Positions 18,645 to 26,401 are shown, numbered from the stretch's first letter. The stretch is DNA of 34,703 nt from Actinomycetota bacterium (GCA_012271125.1 JAAXHB010000004.1:1-34703), one strand, 5' to 3'. Notes: generated by a model not told the origin, from the sequence alone. Translations and numbers: made by a program.

Positions 18645-19676
18645 CTACGTGCTGGCTTTGACGAGGGTTCCCCTCTGCTGCCAGACCTTTTTGTCACGCT
18701 CATGCAACATCAAACACAGCGCAATGAATATTGCCAACGATCCCAGCGTCACCAGCGCCGGTTTGAGGCGGACGTTGCCTAGGTCGCGCACCATGATGAC
18801 CGACACGATGGGTTTGTCTGAATCGACCACAGCAAGCGGCGGCGGTTCGCCTGGAATCAGCGGCTGGTCGATGACCTCTTGCACTTGCACCACCCCATAA
18901 CGAGTTGGGTGTTGCAGGGTGAACGCGGTGCGAATCTGTGTCCAAATCCGATCCAGCCGGTCCGGATTGTCCGGCAGGCCTTCCTTGCCGCCAATCGTGT
19001 AAGCGTCGAGCACTTTAAAGTCGCCTTGTGAGGTGAAGCTCAGGTTCGGGTTCTCCAACAGCATCGCTATCGCTGAGGCTTGCGCTTCGCCTGCTTCAGC
19101 CGTCGACAACAAGTCCCAGCCGCCGAAGTGAATGCGGCCGGCTGCTTCGGCATCGTCGACAACACCTGGCGCAACCGCAGCAAGCTCAGACAAGGTCGTG
19201 GCTTCGTTGCGGGACTGCTCAGAGGCAACTAGCTCATCGACGTCGGCGCTGCTGAGTCCTTCGGTTTGATCTGCAGTGAGCGTGTCACGGGTGACGATGC
19301 CAAACTCGGCGTTGGCGACGGCGTCGCCGGAGTTGACGGTCAGCTCATATGCAGTTGGTAACTGCGACGGGTTCGGCAGCGCAGTCGCTGCGGGCAGGGC
19401 TGCATCGGCGAGGTCGCCGATGTTGACTTCTTGTAGCTGCCAGGTCGGGTCGTCGCCACGCCAGCCGATGCCGTAAATCCACCAGACCGCTGCCATGATC
19501 ACCATCCATCCGAAGAACCCGGCAAAGGAAAGCAGCGTGCCGAGACGGGTGCCGGTGTTGGTGGCTAGCAGCAGCCATACCGAGCCGATCAGCACGATCA
19601 CGCCGGCGAACACAGCCATGAAGCCCCGTATTTCTGGATCCCATGCCAGCCCTGCGAGTATTTCTATCGATTCCAC
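18645..19676 (-). CDS. hypothetical membrane protein (2 N-terminal TM helices, extracytoplasmic domain of about 230 aa, C-terminal TM helix)
   Basis: The GTG start at 19676 follows AGGAGA 9 nt upstream and lies 16 bp after the cytochrome c stop. The gene ends 59 bp before the nuoA start. I recognise no family motif. Confidence 0.7.
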   Translation of the reverse strand: MESIEILAGLAWDPEIRGFMAVFAGVIVLIGSVWLLLATNTGTRLGTLLSFAGFFGWMVIMAAVWWIYGIGWRGDDPTWQLQEVNIGDLADAALPAATALPNPSQLPTAYELTVNSGDAVANAEFGIVTRDTLTADQTEGLSSADVDELVASEQSRNEATTLSELAAVAPGVVDDAEAAGRIHFGGWDLLSTAEAGEAQASAIAMLLENPNLSFTSQGDFKVLDAYTIGGKEGLPDNPDRLDRIWTQIRTAFTLQHPTRYGVVQVQEVIDQPLIPGEPPPLAVVDSDKPIVSVIMVRDLGNVRLKPALVTLGSLAIFIALCLMLHERDKKVWQQRGTLVKAST

Positions 19677-19692
19677 GACGACGATCTCCTGC

Positions 19693-20973
19693 TTACAGGT
19701 TCCGTTCGAACGCGACCACGGCGTCGATCTGATCTTGGGTCAAGGTCTCTGGGTAGATGACCCCTAGGTCGTCATCTAAACGGCTGCCAAATCCTGGCAT
19801 TTGCCCGTTGCCGCCTGAGCCGCCGCGACCATAGGTCTGTCCAATGCTTTGGCCTTCGCTGATGAAATCGGCCTGACCAGATGCTGTCTCAAATTGATCC
19901 AGCAGCGTCCCAGCGGTCAGGTTCGGTCCGAAAAATCCGCCACCGGTGCGATATTCGGGAATGATCGGCCCGGCGTGTCCGTCGATGGAGTCGTCGCCGT
20001 CAATAGCGGCATCAAATGACCAGCCATAGGTGTGACAGCGGGCGCAGCTGTAGGTGCCACCGGCTGCTTCGTTGTTGAACACGATCTCGCCGTAAGTCCA
20101 GTAGAGCTCGCTGCCTTCCACCGCACCGGCTGACAGCAGCTCCAGACCAGCGACTCGGATCGCTTCAGGGTCGCCTTCTAGGGAGTCGTCGGCCGCGAGT
20201 GCGTGTGAGCGGGCACGGTTGACGACTTCATCTACGGCACTGAGCCATTCGTCAACGGCACTGTCGTCGGAATCCACGCCCAAATGATTAGCGATTCCGT
20301 CACGAATGCCACCATCAACGCTTTCACGTAGCTCCGAGGCGGGCACCTGAATGCGACGCATGTAATGGATCAAATATTCGAGCTGTTGTTCGGTGAGTGG
20401 TCCGCCACCGGGGGCACCCCATGCCGGCATCACGTTGTTGCGTCCGTAGTTGAGGGTGTGCAACACCTCATCTTCGCTGAAACGTGACAGCACCGTGTTC
20501 AACGCCGGAGCGCTCCATGCCACGGTCGCCACGAAGTTGCCTTGGTCGTCGGTGATCGTGTAGGTGGTTGCGCCGCCGGCACCTTCCACGCCGTGGCAGG
20601 CCTGACAATCGGCACCTTCTTCGTAGAGCTCGCCGCCACGGTCGGCGAAAATGCGGTCAGTGTTTTTGACAAGGCCTTCTTGACGGCCTGGCTCGCCGAG
20701 CCAATACAGCGGCAGGCCCACGCCAACGACGACCAGCATGGCAAGGCCTGCGATCAGGGACTTGTCGAGCTTGGTGCCTTCTAGTTCAGTGTCCTCTAGG
20801 TATGGCTTGCGGTTGGCGGCGACTTCGATTTCGCTGCCGAGCTCATCACGGGAGGCATAGGAGTTGATGATGACATAGACGATGAAGCCGATGAAAACAA
20901 TGGCAAGGATCGTGAAGCCAATCGTGCGCTGCGTGGACGCAGCCAACACCGCAGCTGGCATTGTTGCCATCAT
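19693..20973 (-). CDS. membrane-anchored dihaem c-type cytochrome
   Basis: Has two CxxCH motifs (CQACH and CARCH) and two N-terminal TM helices (TIGFTILAIVFIGFIVYVII, LIAGLAMLVVVGVGLPLYW). It lies directly downstream of the Rieske gene. Confidence 0.85.
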   Translation of the reverse strand: MMATMPAAVLAASTQRTIGFTILAIVFIGFIVYVIINSYASRDELGSEIEVAANRKPYLEDTELEGTKLDKSLIAGLAMLVVVGVGLPLYWLGEPGRQEGLVKNTDRIFADRGGELYEEGADCQACHGVEGAGGATTYTITDDQGNFVATVAWSAPALNTVLSRFSEDEVLHTLNYGRNNVMPAWGAPGGGPLTEQQLEYLIHYMRRIQVPASELRESVDGGIRDGIANHLGVDSDDSAVDEWLSAVDEVVNRARSHALAADDSLEGDPEAIRVAGLELLSAGAVEGSELYWTYGEIVFNNEAAGGTYSCARCHTYGWSFDAAIDGDDSIDGHAGPIIPEYRTGGGFFGPNLTAGTLLDQFETASGQADFISEGQSIGQTYGRGGSGGNGQMPGFGSRLDDDLGVIYPETLTQDQIDAVVAFERNL

Positions 20974-20999
20974 GACAACACCCGCGTATCAGGCAACGT

Positions 21000-21023
21000 C
21001 ATCAAATTTGACATCAAATTTCT
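21000..21023. repeat. 12-bp tandem repeat x2 in the AT-rich Rieske/cytochrome c intergenic spacer
   Basis: catcaaatttga is at 21000-21011 and catcaaatttct at 21012-21023. Confidence 0.85.
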
Positions 21024-21030
21024 AGATGGC

Positions 21031-21894
21031 CTAGTGGGTGGCTGCGCCGATGCAGGCCGGCCCTTCGGCTTCTTGGCCTGTGGTGTTGGTGCCAATGGGC
21101 GGGCCTTGGATGATCGTGCCGGTGTCGACCACGAGCGATCCGTCGGTGGTGACTTCCATAGCAAAGCGATCCATGCCTCTTGGTGCTGGACCGGCGCGCT
21201 TTTCGCCGACCTGGTTGTAGCGAGAGCCATGGCACGGGCATTCGAACCATTGCGAAGTGACACATTCCGGCACTCTGCACCCCAGATGCGGGCACTTCTG
21301 ATACAGCGCAACAATGCCAGCGTCAAGCCCAAGGCGTTGCCCGGCGGTCATGCCGGCTAGCTCCGGCCCTGAATAGGCAGCCGCGGCTTTTTCAACCGCG
21401 CCGTTGGGGTATTCGGTCAGCCACATGCGTCCCTCGGGCTTGTACAAAAAGCCGTTGTTGTCACGAATCTCCGACAAGAGGTCACTCACGAGACCAACCT
21501 TGATTTTCGACCCGAACCCGCTGGTGCCTTGCGGCCACAAAAACGCCAGGCACGCCACGCCAAACCCGGACAGGCTCAAACCCATCAACATGACCGCAGT
21601 GCGGTTGAAGAACTGCCGTCGGGTCACGCCAATGGTCTCAGGGTCAAGGGGAACATAAGGCTCAACAACACCACCGGTGCCTTTGCGGGCACGTTCCCGG
21701 GCAGCGGCCCGCTCGACTTGCCTGCCCGTCAAGGGCATATCTAGCGCATCGAGCGAGACGCTGCCGCGGTCACGCTGGCGTGTCTCACGTGAGAGCACGC
21801 CAATGGCTTGGTCGGATTGACGACGACGTGCTGCTGCTAACACCGCAACCGCGGCAAGCAACGCCAAAGCGCCTAGCGCAATGTAAATCACCAT
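21031..21894 (-). CDS. Rieske [2Fe-2S] iron-sulfur subunit of a cytochrome bc/b6 complex
   Basis: Has CPHLGCRV and CPCHGSRYN cluster-binding boxes, an N-terminal TM helix, and a twin-arginine-like TRRQFF before a second hydrophobic helix. Confidence 0.9.
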   Translation of the reverse strand: MVIYIALGALALLAAVAVLAAARRRQSDQAIGVLSRETRQRDRGSVSLDALDMPLTGRQVERAAARERARKGTGGVVEPYVPLDPETIGVTRRQFFNRTAVMLMGLSLSGFGVACLAFLWPQGTSGFGSKIKVGLVSDLLSEIRDNNGFLYKPEGRMWLTEYPNGAVEKAAAAYSGPELAGMTAGQRLGLDAGIVALYQKCPHLGCRVPECVTSQWFECPCHGSRYNQVGEKRAGPAPRGMDRFAMEVTTDGSLVVDTGTIIQGPPIGTNTTGQEAEGPACIGAATH

Positions 21895-21992
21895 CGGTTA
21901 ATCACCCGACCTTGCCAACCACCTTTCATCGTGTCTCTCGGCGGCTTCGTGTATTGCGTCATCATTTATTCCTGTCTAAGACTTGTTCTGGC

Positions 21993-22703
21993 CTACAGCT
22001 CGAAAAAGAGCCCGGATTGCCACGGGAAAATGAAGTTGAACCCTGGACCCCTAAAGAACGACCCGATCATCACCAGCACCGCCCAAAACATCAAGTGAAT
22101 CGTCATCAATGACACTGCGAACTTGCGATCCTCAGGCTTCTTGGACGGGTTCTTGTCTATGTAGGGCGCAATCATCAACACCAGCAAGCCGATGCCGGGA
22201 ATGGTGACGCCTGCGACCATCGGGTGAAACATCGTCAACAGCTCCTGCAGCCCTAGGAAATACCAAGGGGCTTTTGACGGGTTCGGGGTCTGGTTGAAGT
22301 TCGCTAGCTCAAGCAGCGGAGCGTTCACAAAGATTGAAAACAACAGCGTGAACGCGGTGATGAACAGTGCGGAAACGAACTCCACGACCAGCAGGTGCGG
22401 CCAAACATGCACCTTGTCCTGGGGCATGGACTTGACATCTTGAATGGAGCCTGACTTGACAACGGTCAGCAGTCGCTGCGTATGTCCGTCGGGACCGGTC
22501 ATTGCCGGTTGTGCAGAAGCAGCCGCTGTCGCCGGCACTCCGGCGCTCGTGGCGTCACCGGCAGCTCCGGCACTCGTAGCGTCGGAGCCAGCAGAAACAG
22601 CACCAGCAGCACTACCGCCGGCGTCGTTGCCGGCTTCAGCAGCTGCTCTAGCTGCCTTGGCGCGGTCAAGCAAGTGTTGTGGAATCTTCGTCTCTTCAGC
22701 CAC
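21993..22703 (-). CDS. cytochrome b/b6 C-terminal domain protein (subunit IV / PetD-like) with a low-complexity Ala/Gly/Ser N-terminal extension
   Basis: Starts at GTG. Has PNPSKAPWYFLGLQELL (the PEWY-box region) followed by 2-3 TM helices. It lies directly downstream of the b6 gene. Confidence 0.85.
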   Translation of the reverse strand: MAEETKIPQHLLDRAKAARAAAEAGNDAGGSAAGAVSAGSDATSAGAAGDATSAGVPATAAASAQPAMTGPDGHTQRLLTVVKSGSIQDVKSMPQDKVHVWPHLLVVEFVSALFITAFTLLFSIFVNAPLLELANFNQTPNPSKAPWYFLGLQELLTMFHPMVAGVTIPGIGLLVLMIAPYIDKNPSKKPEDRKFAVSLMTIHLMFWAVLVMIGSFFRGPGFNFIFPWQSGLFFEL

Positions 22704-22757
22704 CGTCGTCGATCCCGTCGTCGTCGTCCTAGTCGTTCCTAATAGTCCAGCGACTGC

Positions 22758-23546
22758 CTAGAGCGGACCGGAGATGCCGCCGTCTTTGCGGACGCGCCAG
22801 AAATGGATCGCCATAAAGATCACGATCACGAAAGGCAGCATCAGCACGTGCAGCACATACCATCGCAGCAGCGTGTCGTTGCCGATTTCGACGCCGCCGA
22901 GCAGCACAAAGCGCACCTGGTCACCGAATACGGGTGTGTAGCCCATCATGTTGGTGCCGACCGTGACCGCCCAAAGTGCTAGCTGATCCCAGGGCAGCAG
23001 GTAGCCGGTGAATGACAGCAGCAATGTGAGGGTTAGCAGGATGACGCCGATGACCCAGTTGAATTCGCGTGGCGGTTTGTAGGCACCATGGTAGAAGACT
23101 CGTGCCATGTGCAAAAAGACGGTCAGCACCATGAGGTGCGCTGCCCAGCGATGCATGTTGCGCACGAGCAGGCCGAACGTGACCGAGGTTTGCAGGATGT
23201 AGATGTCGTCCCAGGCTTGGGCGGCGGTGGGGCGGTAGAAGAACATTAGGAAGATGCCGGTGACGGTTAGCAAGATGAACAGGAAGAAGCTGAGCCCGCC
23301 AAGGCACAGGGTGTAGCTGACTTTGACGGCGTGGCGTTTCACCTTGACCGGGTGGAGGTGGTATAAGACGCTGTTCATCACCACATATGAGCGGTTGCGG
23401 GGGCTGTCGGTGTAGCCCTTGCGGAAGATTGAGCCGGGGCGGAAGATCGAGTTCCAGGCTTGGGAGCTTTGGACCTGATCGCCGAGCTGGCTCATCTTGG
23501 CGGAGATGCGCTGCGGCAGTGGTTTGCGCTCTTCGGTGCTAACCAT
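22758..23546 (-). CDS. cytochrome b6-type protein (N-terminal four-helix, haem-binding half of cytochrome b)
   Basis: Has His pairs with 14-residue spacing (MHRWAAHLMVLTVFLHMAR and VLHVLMLPFVIVIFMAIHF), LCLGG at helix A, and a PetB-like C-terminal RVRKDGGISGPL. Confidence 0.9.
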   Translation of the reverse strand: MVSTEERKPLPQRISAKMSQLGDQVQSSQAWNSIFRPGSIFRKGYTDSPRNRSYVVMNSVLYHLHPVKVKRHAVKVSYTLCLGGLSFFLFILLTVTGIFLMFFYRPTAAQAWDDIYILQTSVTFGLLVRNMHRWAAHLMVLTVFLHMARVFYHGAYKPPREFNWVIGVILLTLTLLLSFTGYLLPWDQLALWAVTVGTNMMGYTPVFGDQVRFVLLGGVEIGNDTLLRWYVLHVLMLPFVIVIFMAIHFWRVRKDGGISGPL

Positions 23547-23962
23547 TATGCGAGCCTCATTCCGTAGCCGTAGCCGTGTGAGTTGGTGCGCTGATGCGGG
23601 TCACCGTCGGCGGGTGGCTCGACCATTTTGCCGAGGATAATTACCCCTGTCGGGCAGCGGTCTACGCACAGGGCGCAGCGTGTGCAGACGTCGTCGTCGA
23701 TGGTGAAAATGACCTTGTCGTTGGGGTCGATGCCAGGCAGTTCGGTGTCGACGGCATCGTCGATGGCGTCTGGGGTGACCATGAAAATGCACTTCCAGGG
23801 GCAAATGTCGACGCAGCCTTCGCACATGATGCATTCGGACTGATCAATATGTATGAACTGCTTGGGCTTGACAGCCTTTTCGAGCCAGTCAGCGTTGACT
23901 TCTTGCAGGACATAGTCGTCGCGGAACTCCGGCATCGGGGGATTGGCTTCGGTGACAGTCAT
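23546..23962 (-). CDS. 2[4Fe-4S] dicluster ferredoxin-domain protein, translationally coupled to cytochrome b6
   Basis: Has CIMCEGCVDICP and CTRCALCVDRCP and no signal or TAT peptide. Its TAA stop shares one base with the b6 ATG (TAATG, 23544-23548). Confidence 0.85.
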   Translation of the reverse strand: MTVTEANPPMPEFRDDYVLQEVNADWLEKAVKPKQFIHIDQSECIMCEGCVDICPWKCIFMVTPDAIDDAVDTELPGIDPNDKVIFTIDDDVCTRCALCVDRCPTGVIILGKMVEPPADGDPHQRTNSHGYGYGMRLA

Positions 23963-23971
23963 TTCGTGCGC

Positions 23972-24427
23972 TTAGCTCGCTTGTGCGCCTTCGCGGCGTA
24001 GCGGACGTCCAAACGTCGACAACTCCGGCGCCGGCTCAGCCTTGGGCTTGCCACGGTTTTGCCACATCATCCAAACCGCAATGTTGCCGGCAATAGCAAT
24101 TCCGTAAATGACAACGGCGATCAGGTCACGAATCACCACATAGGTAATAGTGAACGGGAAACTCCCGCCCTGGGCTTGGGCCTTGAGTACTTCGCCCGGC
24201 CCCACAAAGAGCTTGTCAGAGCGCCAGTTCAGCTCGTTGTCCGCCCATGCAAGCCACTGATGCGGCACCACGCCGTAAATCCAAAACAACAAGAAGAACA
24301 CAATCATCGAGCCAAACATGGCTTCGCCCCATGTCACCGGCGTGCCTGCCGGTCTGCGTTTCATGTAGGCCAGGATCGCCGCGGTCAACACGATGGTGAC
24401 CACGACAGAAAGCGTGAAAGCAACCAT
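23972..24427 (-). CDS. hypothetical 3-TM membrane protein, first gene of the Rieske/cyt b cluster
   Basis: The ATG at 24427 follows GAGGGG 5 nt upstream. A 9-bp gap separates it from the ferredoxin gene. Hydrophobic helices lie at about aa 3-21, 36-56 and 95-120. Confidence 0.7.
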   Translation of the reverse strand: MVAFTLSVVVTIVLTAAILAYMKRRPAGTPVTWGEAMFGSMIVFFLLFWIYGVVPHQWLAWADNELNWRSDKLFVGPGEVLKAQAQGGSFPFTITYVVIRDLIAVVIYGIAIAGNIAVWMMWQNRGKPKAEPAPELSTFGRPLRREGAQAS

Positions 24428-24499
24428 AAAAACCCCTCAGAACCTATTGGGGACGATTGCTTGGAGGGCGACTCGAGGGCAATGCACGGCTAGCTGAGT

Positions 24500-24997
24500 C
24501 TAGTGCTTGAACTTGGACTCATAACCAATGCGCATAGCTGGTCTGAAAATCAACTCAACGCCTTGATAGAGGGCACCGAGCATCCAGTCCAAGGCGTCAT
24601 TGTTGACGCTGCCCGCTGGCATGGCACCCGCTAGGTAGATCGCGTCTTCGGGGCCGATTTCAAGCTGTAATCCGGTGAGTGCTCGGTTGCGACGCAGCAG
24701 ATGCTCGTAGAAGACGGCATGGTTTTCTTCGGGGGCTGGGACTAAGTAGGTCTCATAGCGCAGTGTGCGTTGCGCCAAGGTCATCCAAATGGTCCAGACG
24801 TCTTTTTCTTCACCGCGCACTCGCACATACCAACGCCGTTCACGTTCGCCTCTGTTGTCGAACTCAATGCTTCGCTGCACCGATTCAACGACGCCGATTT
24901 TTTCTAGGGCACCGTCAACGCCTTCAAGCCAAGCCTCGATCAACGCCTCAACCTCATCTAGCTGATCCTCGCTCAGCGCTTCGCTATTAAACATCAT
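24500..24997 (-). CDS. YbjN-like (putative sensory-transduction/chaperone-like) domain protein
   Basis: About 165 aa and acidic. Its position directly downstream of mshA mirrors the conserved mshA/Rv0487-type pairing in Actinobacteria. The ORF track start is a TTG at 25003, and the first ATG is at 24997. Confidence 0.6.
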   Translation of the reverse strand: MMFNSEALSEDQLDEVEALIEAWLEGVDGALEKIGVVESVQRSIEFDNRGERERRWYVRVRGEEKDVWTIWMTLAQRTLRYETYLVPAPEENHAVFYEHLLRRNRALTGLQLEIGPEDAIYLAGAMPAGSVNNDALDWMLGALYQGVELIFRPAMRIGYESKFKH

Positions 24998-25014
24998 GGG
25001 CAAACATCACAATT

Positions 25015-25054
25015 ACACGTCACAGGCAACATCTACACATCACAGGCAACATCT
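25015..25054. repeat. 20-bp tandem repeat x2 between the mshA stop and the YbjN-like start
   Basis: acacgtcacaggcaacatct is at 25015-25034 and acacatcacaggcaacatct at 25035-25054. Confidence 0.9.
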
Positions 25055-25056
25055 GC

Positions 25057-26379
25057 CTATTGGGCCAACGAACAAGCTGCCAGCTTCTTTTCAGCGCGGC
25101 CACGCAACACTCGCCGCTTGCTCTTCAACTCAGCTTGAGCGTCCATCTGCCCAACCAACTCCGGCTTCTCAATTAACTCCAGTAACAACGCCTTGAGCTT
25201 GACCGCCATCGACGCCCAGGTGTATCCGCTCGCACTCGCCACGCTTTTGGTACGCATCTCCGCCGCCAATGCCGGATCGCCAAGTATGCGCCTCACCGCA
25301 TCGGCATACAAGGTCGATGACCGCTCAGCCACCCGAAAGCCCGTCTCGCCGTCAATTACAAGAGTGCGCAAACCGCCAACGTCGGCAGCGACCACCGGAA
25401 TCCCACACGCCGCAGCCTCCAGTGCCACCAACCCAAAAGATTCCGAACGGCTCGGCACCAGACACACATCAGCAGCCCGGTAATAGGTCGCCAACAAATG
25501 ATGCGGCTGTGGCGGATCGATGCGCACCCGCTCACCAAGCCCGTGGGTGGCAATTGTTTCCCGCAAACACGCCAGCTCCCCTTCGCCATCCACACCGGAC
25601 GCACCACCAACAATCAGCAGCTTCGCATCGGGATAGTCATCGGCTAGCTCCGCCAAAACTTCCGCAGTAACGCATACCCCCTTGAGCGGTTGTATCCGCC
25701 CCACAAACAAAAGCACCGGTTCATCGCCTAGCCCTAAAGCGGCTCGTGCCCCTTTCTGTGCTCCCGGCGAGAAAAATGCTTGATCCACACCCGGCGAGAG
25801 GATGCGAATCCGCTCCGGCGCGCACTTGTACAAGCTTGTGAGCTGTTGAACCTCTGCTGTCGAGTTGGCGGTAATCACATCTGAACACGCCATTACCTCG
25901 GTCTCGGCCCGGATGCGATTCAGCGGTTCAACGTCACCGGTTGCGGCCTTGACTCTTGCCAAGGTATGAAAAGTGCTAGCCAGCGGCAAGCCCAGGTCGT
26001 GCTTGAGTTGATGCGCCGCCACCCCGCTAAGCCAATAGTTGGCATGCAAGGCATCCACCGGATTGCGCTCTAACCACTTGCGCACTCCCGCAGCAAAGTC
26101 GTCGACAATTTCTGGCAGCGCCTCTTTGGACATATCCGGCTCGCCTGCAGAAATATGAACGACTCGAAACCCCGGCTCAATATCGACGACATCAGCTGTC
26201 TCATCATCCCAGCGACGCACAAACACGGTCGCATCAACTCCGGTTTGTGCCAACGACGACACCAGCTCGCGTATATAGACGTTCATCCCACCCGCGTCAC
26301 CCCGCCCAGGCACGACCAACGGCGAGGTATGCAGCGACAGGACAGCTATTCGCGGTGCGTTGTTCATCTTTGGGTTCAT
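25057..26379 (-). CDS. mshA: D-inositol-3-phosphate glycosyltransferase (mycothiol biosynthesis)
   Basis: A GT4 fold with strong resemblance to MshA along its length: RIAVLSLHTSPLVVPGRGDAGGMNVY, HANYWLSG, FVGRIQPLKG, PSRSESFGLVALEAAACGIPVVAADVGGL. Confidence 0.8.
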   Translation of the reverse strand: MNPKMNNAPRIAVLSLHTSPLVVPGRGDAGGMNVYIRELVSSLAQTGVDATVFVRRWDDETADVVDIEPGFRVVHISAGEPDMSKEALPEIVDDFAAGVRKWLERNPVDALHANYWLSGVAAHQLKHDLGLPLASTFHTLARVKAATGDVEPLNRIRAETEVMACSDVITANSTAEVQQLTSLYKCAPERIRILSPGVDQAFFSPGAQKGARAALGLGDEPVLLFVGRIQPLKGVCVTAEVLAELADDYPDAKLLIVGGASGVDGEGELACLRETIATHGLGERVRIDPPQPHHLLATYYRAADVCLVPSRSESFGLVALEAAACGIPVVAADVGGLRTLVIDGETGFRVAERSSTLYADAVRRILGDPALAAEMRTKSVASASGYTWASMAVKLKALLLELIEKPELVGQMDAQAELKSKRRVLRGRAEKKLAACSLAQ

Positions 26380-26385
26380 CTTTGG
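26362..26385. repeat. perfect 12-bp tandem duplication covering the mshA start codon
   Basis: gttcatctttgg occurs at 26362-26373 and 26374-26385. On the coding strand this is CCAAAGATGAAC x2, giving in-frame ATGs at 26379 and 26367 (MNPKMNN). Confidence 0.95.
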
Positions 26386-26401
26386 AACTGACGACAGGGA
26401 G

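Noticed and set aside
20970-21332. 120-aa and 93-aa minus-strand ORFs overlapping the 3-prime end of the Rieske gene
   Set aside because: They are alternative frames of the Rieske CDS. Only the last 14 codons, in the intergenic spacer, are discussed, as a possible uORF.
24428-24499. A possible terminator or promoter between the YbjN-like gene and the first gene of the Rieske/cyt b cluster
   Set aside because: Only a weak 4-bp CCCC/GGGG stem followed by TTTTT is present, and this same element doubles as the GAGGGG Shine-Dalgarno sequence and spacer of the downstream gene. I could not support a -35/-10 pair.
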